Source: Gemmatimonadota bacterium (GTDB lineage: Bacteria > Gemmatimonadota > Gemmatimonadetes > Palauibacterales > KS3-K002). From it: a stretch of DNA of 35,715 nucleotides. The notes beneath the pieces are model-generated. The model ran no database searches. It was not told the DNA's origin and saw only the letters and a list, made by a program, of their open reading frames with translations. Numbering within the stretch: position 1 is the stretch's first letter; every line of letters starts with the position of its first letter. The stretch is from contig JBDHJS010000060.1 of assembly GCA_039586795.1 (NCBI GenBank), forward strand, positions 1 to 35,715, in the 5' to 3' direction. Below are positions 28,208 to 35,715 of this stretch, in pieces. The position numbers were made by a program, and so were the translations under genes.

Positions 28208-30163
28208 TTAGAACGCTCTAATGAGCAACAGAGCCAGCCAGATCATCAGCACAATCGCGAGCAGTACAAACTCGCGCCGCTCGACTCGCTGTCGACCTGT
28301 CCTTCCGTGATACCAGGCCAGAACGAATACTACCGGCGCGCCGGCAAGATACGAGATGAGAACGATGTCAAACGCAAGCTCGCTCAGGATTCCTCTTTCC
28401 TTCAGCACTAGAGCGAGCTCGACCAAGAGCCAGCCGCCTGCCATGTACGCACCAAGCCACTGTAACACGCGGCGTCTTATCAGCCGATGGAACCAGCCGC
28501 CGGGCAACTGCACCGGACCCTCTTCCGAAAGGATCTCTGCCACACGACGGGAGCTGGGGCGATGCGTGGGCTCTTTGGCCAGGCAACGCTCCAACAGCGC
28601 CGCCAGGCCGGGATCGACGTCAGGGCGCAAATCGATCAGCGACCTTGGCTTGTCCCTCACAATTGCCGCGTAGAGTTGCTGCCGTGTCTCGGCGTCGTAA
28701 GGGCCACGCCCCGCCAGCAGATGGTAGCCCAGGAGACCGACACTGTAGACATCGCTCCGCTCCGTGGCCGGCAGATCCCGCGCCTGCTCGGGGCTCATCC
28801 ACTCCGGATTCCCGACTAACTCTCCCGACTCGGTGATCTTGACCCCCCGACCATCCGAGCTACTGAACATCCCGACGACGCCGAAGTCCGCGAGGTAGGC
28901 GCGGCCCGATTCCTCATCGTAGAGAATGTTCTCCGGCGTGACATCACGATGAACCAACCCACGCTGGTGCGCGGCGGCCAGCGCCCACGCGATGCACTTC
29001 AGTATGCGACGCGCCTCGGAGACCTCGAGCCTACCCTCCTGCTTCAGCCGCTCGGCAAGTGAGGTCCCCTCCACGTAGTCCATCACGAAATACGGTAGCC
29101 CGTTCGACAGCGATCCCGCCCACAACAAGCGCACCGTATTGGGCTGGGTGAGCGAGGCGATCGCCTGCACCTCGCGCTGGAAGCGCACGTGTGCTCTCCG
29201 GTCCGCCAGCAGCTTCGGTGAGAAGACCTTGACGGCCACCATGCGAACTGGAACGATCTCCCGCGCCAGGTACACCGTCCCCGAAGAGCTCTCGCTCAAC
29301 TTGCGAATGATCTCCAGACGGGGCTTCAACTCCGTCCTGATGATCTCTTCGAGCTCTTCCGGCGCGATAGACTTGGCCGGCGCCTGTACGGGTCCGGGCC
29401 CATCCCCGCCGTGCGAGTCCGTGGAGGCCGAACCCCGCAACAGAGGATTCGACGGAAGCGATCCGGAGCGGATTGCGTCGACCAATTCCACAGTCTCATC
29501 CAGCGGCTCTACCTGCATCTCGTTCCGCAAATGCTTCCGAAACGCCTCATACTGGGCGAGTGCATCGGATCTGTTACCTGACGCGGCGAGCGCTGCGATC
29601 AGCGCGTGTTGCGCCTCGTCCTCCAGCGGCTCCTGTTTCGCCCACCGCATCGCGACCTCTAACGCGCCTTTGTAGTCACGCTTCTCGAAGCGCGCACGAA
29701 TCACTTCGGTGAAACCGCGGCGTCCCATCGCACCGACCCACGCTCGCGTCCGCGTCTGCCACTCTTCGAAGCCCGGCGAGCCCGGCAAGTGGAACTGATC
29801 GAGGAACGGCCCGACGTAGAGCTCGACGACTCGCTCCCAATTCTCTTCCTCCGCCGCCTCCTCCATCAGGCGCAGATCTACGTCGATCCGGTCGGGGTCC
29901 AGCGCAACCCGGTCGCCAACCACGCGCACGATGTCCTGTCCGAAGTCCTTGCGGAGCGAGTGCAGCGCCTGGGAGAGGGCGTGCCGAGCTTTGCTCTCTT
30001 CCCGTTCGGGCCAAAAGAGCACGAGCAGCCGGTCGCGAGAGACCGACCCTTCCACAGCCAGGTAGGAGATGAGGGCAAGCTTCTGCCGGTGGGCGGCGAT
30101 ACCGGCCAACTCGGTACCGTTATGCCGGATAGAAGATACACCGAGGGTGAGAAGATGGATCAT
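28208..30163 (-). CDS. SARP-type HTH/BTAD regulator fused to a Hanks-type Ser/Thr kinase domain and about three C-terminal TM helices
   Basis: N-terminal LLTLG…LALISYLA…SRDRL..LFWPE…ARHALSQAL. BTAD segment FEEW…EPLEDEA…ALAQY…EP. Kinase VAVK, HRD, DFG, MSPEQ, DVYSVG. Hydrophobic tail RRRVLQWLGAY…LAWYHG…. Start ATG 30163 preferred. Confidence 0.88.
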   Translation of the reverse strand: MIHLLTLGVSSIRHNGTELAGIAAHRQKLALISYLAVEGSVSRDRLLVLFWPEREESKARHALSQALHSLRKDFGQDIVRVVGDRVALDPDRIDVDLRLMEEAAEEENWERVVELYVGPFLDQFHLPGSPGFEEWQTRTRAWVGAMGRRGFTEVIRARFEKRDYKGALEVAMRWAKQEPLEDEAQHALIAALAASGNRSDALAQYEAFRKHLRNEMQVEPLDETVELVDAIRSGSLPSNPLLRGSASTDSHGGDGPGPVQAPAKSIAPEELEEIIRTELKPRLEIIRKLSESSSGTVYLAREIVPVRMVAVKVFSPKLLADRRAHVRFQREVQAIASLTQPNTVRLLWAGSLSNGLPYFVMDYVEGTSLAERLKQEGRLEVSEARRILKCIAWALAAAHQRGLVHRDVTPENILYDEESGRAYLADFGVVGMFSSSDGRGVKITESGELVGNPEWMSPEQARDLPATERSDVYSVGLLGYHLLAGRGPYDAETRQQLYAAIVRDKPRSLIDLRPDVDPGLAALLERCLAKEPTHRPSSRRVAEILSEEGPVQLPGGWFHRLIRRRVLQWLGAYMAGGWLLVELALVLKERGILSELAFDIVLISYLAGAPVVFVLAWYHGRTGRQRVERREFVLLAIVLMIWLALLLIRAF

Positions 30164-30457
30164 GGGGCGCTCACCGGTTAGTAACCCAAGATGCAACTAT
30201 GCCAGTCAAACCGCAACAAAGACTGCGAAAGGCGATCGATAGTCAGTAGCGTTATACCGCCGCCTGGCGCCAGCTACCGGCAACATGCTTGCGCGGCGTG
30301 AAGCGGCACCCCATTCTATTAGAGAATCATGGGATAAGGGCTGAGGCTCGGTCGTGAAACGTTCCTCCCAATCTGTGGGCGCCTCGGTTAGTGGTGGAGC
30401 TGTCCGTTGGTCTATTTCCCGCCCGCCCCAAGGCTTCCCGCCGCCACGCCTCTTGGT

Positions 30458-30492
30458 TTGACTTCAAGTCACACAGTTGTGGTAATTATTAC
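30458..30492 (+). promoter_or_regulatory. Candidate promoter with two palindromic operator-like sites upstream of the giant lipoprotein
   Basis: TTGACT (-35-like) overlaps TGACTT-C-AAGTCA (30459-30471). GTAAT-T-ATTAC (30482-30492) lies in the -10 region. The patch is AT-rich within GC-rich DNA. Confidence 0.4.
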
Positions 30493-30537
30493 ATGTTCAT
30501 CCGGACCGGTTCGCCCGGCCCGGCAAGGTGAAGAACC

Positions 30538-33500
30538 ATGCGTACGTCCCCTTACCTCAAAGTACTCGGTCTCCTTGCTATCGCGTCTATCGCCGGTCTC
30601 GTAGCCGCGGGCTGCGATGGCAACGACCCTAATCCCTGCTCCGACCCCACGGCTCCCGGGTGCGGGGAAGACGGGCCGCTCGAGCTCACCGCCGAAGTCA
30701 TACAGTCGCTCTGCGTACAGCCGACGATCACCGAGACTTCCGACCTGCAGACGCTGGCCGTTTCAGCGCTTTCCGATACCGACTGTTACAGTGGGGACCT
30801 CGGGCAAGAAGGTGGATACTTCGAGACGTGGCACCTCTACCCCAACCGGACCGAGACGGTGACGTTCACCGCGCAGTCCCAATTCGATAACCTGCTGATG
30901 CTGGTCGAGGTGCTGAGCGCGACAACCGACCGGGTCAATGTGAGAGTCATCGCGCAGAGCGATGACAGCGGCGCCAGTACCACGAACGCCAGTATCACCG
31001 CACTGCTCAGGGCAGGGACGAACTACTTCCTCCGGGTCTATGGCTTCAACGAAGACGAGACGGGTCAGTACACGATTACGGTGACGCGGCCCGCTCAGGC
31101 GCCGCCACCGCCGTCGACAGGATCGCTCCGGGTCAACGTCACCACCAGCGGCCCGGCGCAGCCCACGTACACGGTCACCCTGAACGACCAGAAAGCGAAG
31201 AGCGTCTCCGCGAACGGGAGCGTCACGTACTCGAACATCGTCACCGGCGACTACGATGTCGAGCTTAGCGGTCTTGGTACCTGCGTGGTGAATGACGATA
31301 ACCCGCAGACCGTGACGGTAACAGCGAACCAAACCGTGAGCGCCAACTTCAGCGTGACCTGCGTGCAGGTTCAGCTCACGGTCAGCGGCAGCGGCGCTGG
31401 AAGTGGTACGATCACGGACGGTGGCAACATCAACTGCAGTTGGGATGGCTCGACGAACAGCGGCACCTGTAGCGACGTATTCCCAGCCGGGACCAACGTG
31501 ACGTTGACCGCGACGCCCGACGCGGGATCGGCCTTCGTCGCCTGGAGCGGTGCCTGCTCCGGCACCGGTCAATGTCAGCTATCAATGAACCAGAACGAGA
31601 GCTTGACCGCGGCCTTCGATATTGGAGCGTATCAGCTGACCGTATTCGGCAGCGGACCCGGGAGCGGTACGATCACCGACGGCGGCAACATCAACTGCAG
31701 CTGGGGTGGCCAGAGCAACACCGGAACGTGCAGCGATGTGTTCACCGCCGGGACCACCGTGACGCTCACCGCAACAGGCGACGCCGCTTCCTCTACGTTC
31801 AACGGCTGGAGCGGCGCCTGCGCCGGCGGCAACCCGTGCCAGATCACGCTGAACCAGTCGGAGAGCGCGTCGGCGGCGTTCATCCTCAACACCTACCAAC
31901 TGCAGGTTTCCGGCAGCGGAAATGGCAGCGGCACGATCACCTCCAACATCGGTGGCATCAACTGCAGTTGGAACGGCACGACCACCAGCGGAACATGCAG
32001 CCAGACCTATGACCACGGGACGGTCGTGACGCTGACGGCGAACCCGTCGGCAGGCTCCGGTTTCACCGGGTGGAGCGATGCGTGCACGGGCGGCGGATCC
32101 TGCCAGGTGACGATGGATCAAGGTCGTAACGCTACGGCCAGCTTCGCCCTCGACATGTACCTCCTCACGGTGAGCGGCACCGGCACCGGGACCGGCACGA
32201 TCACCGACGGCGGGAGGATCAACTGCACCTGGGACGGCGCAATACACAGCGGCAACTGCGTCGATTCCTTCGCTGTGGGAACCACCGTGACCCTCACCGC
32301 GACGAATGACGCGGCTTCCTCAAGCTTCGACGGTTGGAGCGGCGCTTGCACTGGTGACAACCCCTGCCAGATAACCATCACCCAGGCGGAATCCGCCACC
32401 GCCAGGTTCACGCTCCTGCCACGGCAGCTGACGGTCACCGGGAGCGGCACCGGCACCGGCACGATCACCTCCGACGTCGGCGGTATCAACTGCACCTGGA
32501 ACGGCACAACCCAGACCGGCGTCTGTTCGCAGACGTACAATCACGGGACCGTGGTGAACCTGACGGCGACCGGGGGCGCCAGTTCCGGCTTCACCGGCTG
32601 GAGCGGCAGCTGCACCGGCCTCGGTCCGTGCCAGGTCACCATGGACCAGGATCGATCATCCACCGCCAGCTTCGTTCTGAACCTGTATCAGGTTACGGTT
32701 GCCGGCAGCGGCAACGGCAGCGGCACGATCACCGACGGCGGAAACATCAACTGTAGCTGGGATGGTGCGACGACAAGCGGCATCTGCAGCGACTCGTACC
32801 CGGCCGGCACCCAGGTGACACTCACCGCCACCAACGACGCCGCGACCTCCGACTTCGGCGGCTGGACCGGCGCCTGCACCGGCGGCAATCCCTGCCTGAT
32901 CACCGTCAACCAACCGGAGGCCGCCACCGCCAACTTCACGCTCACGCCTCGACAGTTGACGGTCTTCGCCAGCGGCACCGGCAGCGGCACGATCACCTCG
33001 GACGTCGGCGGCATCAACTGCACCTGGAACGGCTCTGCACAAAGCGGCGTCTGCTCGCAGACCTATGACCACGGAACCGTCGTGACGCTGACCGCGACAT
33101 CGGTGGCCGGCTCCGGGTTCAGCGGCTGGAGCGGCGCCTGCACCGGTGGCGGTCCGTGCGTCGTCACGATGGACCAGGGCCAATCGGTCGTCGGCAGCTT
33201 CGCTCTCGATATGTACCTGCTCACGGTGAGCGGCGGCGGCAACGGGAACGGCACGATCACGGACGGTGGAAACATCAACTGCAATTGGAACGGGTCGACG
33301 ACCAGCGGCACTTGCAGCGATGTCTTCTCTTCCGGTACCCAGGTGACGCTCACCGCCACCAACGATGCGGGAACGTCGCAGTTCACGGGTTGGTCCGGCG
33401 CCTGCACCGGTGGCAATCCTTGCGTGGTTACGATGAGCCAGGCGCAGTCGGCCACCGCCGGCTTCGTGCTCAACACCTACCAACTTCAGGTCTTCGGTAG

Positions 33501-35679
33501 CGGAACGGGCAGCGGCACGATCACGTCGAACGTTGGTGGCATCAACTGCACCTGGAACGGCACGTCCCAAAGCGGCACGTGCTCGCAGAACTACAACCAC
33601 GGGACCGTCGTGACGCTGACGGCGAGCCCGGCTGCAAGTTCCGGCTTCAGCAACTGGAGCGGCAGCTGCACTGGCGGTGGTCAGTGCGTCGTCACCATGG
33701 ACCAGGTACGCTCTGCCACCGGTAGCTTCGTTCTGAATACCTATCAGTTGACGGTTAGCGGCAGCGGGAACGGGAGCGGCACGATCAGTGACGGCGGCAA
33801 CATCAACTGCACCTGGAACGGGTCGACGACCACCGGCATCTGTGCCGATATCTTCCCCGCCGGCACCCAGGTGACCCTCATCGCCACAAATAGCGGGGCA
33901 ACCTCGGAGTTCACCGGCTGGTCCGGCTCCTGCACCGGTGGTAACCCCTGCGTGATCACCATCAACCAAACCGAGTCCGCCACGGCCAACTTTGTGCTCC
34001 TCCCGCGGCAGCTGACGGTCATCGGAAGCGGAACCGGCAGCGGCACGATTACCTCTGACGTCGGTGGTATCAACTGTACCTGGAACGGCACATCGCAGAG
34101 CGGCGTCTGTTCGCAGACGTACGACCACGGAACCGTCGTCAACCTGACGGCGACGCCGGGCGCCAGCGCGACGTTCAGCGGCTGGAGCGGCAGCTGCTCT
34201 GGCACCGGCGCATGCCAGGTCACGATGGACCAGAATCGGTCATCAGTTGCGAGCTTCGCGCTTATTACGTTCCAGCTGACCGTGAGCGGCAGCGGGACCG
34301 GGAGCGGGACGATAACCGACGGCGGGAGTATCAATTGCAGCTGGAACGGGACGACGAACAGCGGCGTATGCAGCGATATCTTCACCGCCGGCACCCAGGT
34401 TACGCTCATCGCCGCGGACGACGGGGCTACCTCAGACTTCGGCGGTTGGTCGGGCGCCTGCACCGGTGGCAATCCGTGCGTGATCACGATGAATCAGACC
34501 ACGGCCGCCACTGCCAACTTCGTGCTCGCCACCCGGCAACTGTCGGTCATTGGCGGCGGAACCGGCAGCGGCACGATCACCTCGGACGTCGGCGGTATCA
34601 ACTGTACCTGGAACGGCACATCGCAGAGCGGCGTCTGTTCGCAGACATACAATCACGGAACCGTCGTCAACCTGACGGCGACGCCGGGCGCCAGCGCGAC
34701 CTTTAGCGGCTGGAGCGGTAGCTGCACCGGCACCGGTGCGTGCCAGGTGACGATGGACCAGGGTCGTTCCGTGGTCGCCAGCTTCGCCATCGACATGCTC
34801 CTGCTCACGGTGAGCGGGAGCGGCAACGGGAGCGGCACGATCACGGACGGCGGAAACATCAACTGTACCTGGAACGGGTCGACGAACAGCGGCACCTGCA
34901 GCGACATCTTCCCCGCCGGCACCCAGGTGACCCTCACCGGAACCAACGACGGTATCACATCGGAGTTCACGGGTTGGTCCGGCGCCTGCACCGGCGCCAA
35001 CCCCTGCGTCATCACCATGAACCAGCCCACGAGCGCGACGGCGAACTTCGTCCTCGCCCAGCGGCAGCTGACGGTCCTCGGCCTTGGCACCGGCTCGGGC
35101 ACGATCACGTCCAACGTGGGTGGCATCAACTGCACCTGGAACGGCACCACCCAGACCGGTGTCTGTTCGCAGACGTTCGATCACGGAACGGTGGTGACGT
35201 TGACGGCAACCGCCGAGGCAAGCTCGAGCTTCACCGCCTGGAGCGGCGCTTGCACGGGCGGTAATCCGTGCCAAGTCACGATGGACCAGACCCGTTCCGC
35301 CACGGCCAGCTTCGCGATCAATACCTGGCAACTGCAGACCTTGGGCGCCGGGGCCGGTAACGGCACGATCACATCGAACGTCGGTGGCATCAACTGCACC
35401 TGGAACGGTACCAGCCAGAGCGGAACCTGCGCACAGACCTATAACCACGGTACCGTCGTGACGCTGACGGCAGCCCCGGGTGTTGGCGCCACGTTCACCG
35501 GCTGGAGCGGCGCCTGCACCGGGACCGGGCAGTGCGTCGTTACGATGGACCAGGCTCCTTCGGCGCCGGGACCGGAAGCGGCACGATCACATCGAATGTG
35601 GGCGGCATCAACTGCACCTGGAACGGTACCAGCCAGAGCGGAACCTGCGCACAGACCTACAACCACGGTACCGTCGTGA
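30538..35679 (+). CDS. Giant surface lipoprotein: PPC-like domain, Ig-like domain and at least 16 divergent InlB B-repeat-like (Flg_new-type) Cys-containing repeats; 3' end frameshifted or incomplete
   Basis: Lipobox VAAG-C. PPC-like SDDSG…YFLRVYGF…TGQYTITV. Repeats LTVSGSGxGTITxGxINC…C…GTxVTLTA…FxGWSGAC…C.VTM…A.F. Repeat coding continues in another frame from 35559 to the window end. Confidence 0.85.
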   Translation: MRTSPYLKVLGLLAIASIAGLVAAGCDGNDPNPCSDPTAPGCGEDGPLELTAEVIQSLCVQPTITETSDLQTLAVSALSDTDCYSGDLGQEGGYFETWHLYPNRTETVTFTAQSQFDNLLMLVEVLSATTDRVNVRVIAQSDDSGASTTNASITALLRAGTNYFLRVYGFNEDETGQYTITVTRPAQAPPPPSTGSLRVNVTTSGPAQPTYTVTLNDQKAKSVSANGSVTYSNIVTGDYDVELSGLGTCVVNDDNPQTVTVTANQTVSANFSVTCVQVQLTVSGSGAGSGTITDGGNINCSWDGSTNSGTCSDVFPAGTNVTLTATPDAGSAFVAWSGACSGTGQCQLSMNQNESLTAAFDIGAYQLTVFGSGPGSGTITDGGNINCSWGGQSNTGTCSDVFTAGTTVTLTATGDAASSTFNGWSGACAGGNPCQITLNQSESASAAFILNTYQLQVSGSGNGSGTITSNIGGINCSWNGTTTSGTCSQTYDHGTVVTLTANPSAGSGFTGWSDACTGGGSCQVTMDQGRNATASFALDMYLLTVSGTGTGTGTITDGGRINCTWDGAIHSGNCVDSFAVGTTVTLTATNDAASSSFDGWSGACTGDNPCQITITQAESATARFTLLPRQLTVTGSGTGTGTITSDVGGINCTWNGTTQTGVCSQTYNHGTVVNLTATGGASSGFTGWSGSCTGLGPCQVTMDQDRSSTASFVLNLYQVTVAGSGNGSGTITDGGNINCSWDGATTSGICSDSYPAGTQVTLTATNDAATSDFGGWTGACTGGNPCLITVNQPEAATANFTLTPRQLTVFASGTGSGTITSDVGGINCTWNGSAQSGVCSQTYDHGTVVTLTATSVAGSGFSGWSGACTGGGPCVVTMDQGQSVVGSFALDMYLLTVSGGGNGNGTITDGGNINCNWNGSTTSGTCSDVFSSGTQVTLTATNDAGTSQFTGWSGACTGGNPCVVTMSQAQSATAGFVLNTYQLQVFGSGTGSGTITSNVGGINCTWNGTSQSGTCSQNYNHGTVVTLTASPAASSGFSNWSGSCTGGGQCVVTMDQVRSATGSFVLNTYQLTVSGSGNGSGTISDGGNINCTWNGSTTTGICADIFPAGTQVTLIATNSGATSEFTGWSGSCTGGNPCVITINQTESATANFVLLPRQLTVIGSGTGSGTITSDVGGINCTWNGTSQSGVCSQTYDHGTVVNLTATPGASATFSGWSGSCSGTGACQVTMDQNRSSVASFALITFQLTVSGSGTGSGTITDGGSINCSWNGTTNSGVCSDIFTAGTQVTLIAADDGATSDFGGWSGACTGGNPCVITMNQTTAATANFVLATRQLSVIGGGTGSGTITSDVGGINCTWNGTSQSGVCSQTYNHGTVVNLTATPGASATFSGWSGSCTGTGACQVTMDQGRSVVASFAIDMLLLTVSGSGNGSGTITDGGNINCTWNGSTNSGTCSDIFPAGTQVTLTGTNDGITSEFTGWSGACTGANPCVITMNQPTSATANFVLAQRQLTVLGLGTGSGTITSNVGGINCTWNGTTQTGVCSQTFDHGTVVTLTATAEASSSFTAWSGACTGGNPCQVTMDQTRSATASFAINTWQLQTLGAGAGNGTITSNVGGINCTWNGTSQSGTCAQTYNHGTVVTLTAAPGVGATFTGWSGACTGTGQCVVTMDQAPSAPGPEAARSHRMWAASTAPGTVPARAEPAHRPTTTVPS

Positions 35680-35715
35680 CGCTGACGGCAGCCCCGGGTG
35701 TTGGCGCCACGTTCA
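31369..35715 (+). repeat. Intragenic tandem repeat, unit about 264 bp (528-bp A+B dimer)
   Basis: TIT codons at 31408, 31669, 31933 and 32197 give spacings of 261, 264 and 264 nt. Sixteen in-frame units plus one partial frameshifted unit. Confidence 0.92.

Noticed and set aside
32656..35448. Long minus-strand ORFs (490, 338 and 247 aa) in the repeat region
   Set aside because: Antisense shadows of the repetitive lipoprotein gene.
35554..35679. Unique C-terminal domain or sorting signal of the giant lipoprotein
   Set aside because: It is out-of-frame translation of another repeat unit.

Overview
GC-rich bacterial chromosomal window with 21 probable CDSs. I see no rRNA, tRNA, CRISPR array or transposase. 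The gene content (BTAD-kinase fusion, VPS10/BNR propeller, secreted hydrolases, Cys-rich repeat lipoprotein) resembles Gemmatimonadota, but that is inference. Left to right: (1) a PafA-like alkaline phosphatase lipoprotein, a D-aminoacylase-like amidohydrolase, a BNR/VPS10 protein and a DUF4412-like protein; (2) a 175-bp inverted-repeat element; (3) a three-gene operon encoding a GcvT-type aminomethyltransferase and two paralogous phytoene-dehydrogenase-like (PYROXD2-like) flavoproteins; (4) a minus-strand cluster tkt-pgi-gnd-zwf-pgl-fbaB-VOC with no transaldolase; (5) a strongly diverged proS, a DUF2188-like protein and an Fpg/Nei glycosylase; (6) a minus-strand run of BTAD-(pseudo)kinase-TM protein, metallophosphoesterase, M19 dipeptidase and pepD; (7) a giant lipoprotein of alternating 88-aa repeats that frameshifts near the window end. 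The best candidates for undescribed biology are a putative split THF-coupled demethylase (GcvT plus two flavoproteins), the ProRS paralog with an altered amino-acid pocket but intact editing domain, and the membrane-anchored BTAD-kinase coupled to a phosphoesterase. Several intergenic regions also carry heptamer-periodic, partly palindromic repeats. All family calls come from motif recognition by eye; no searches were run.
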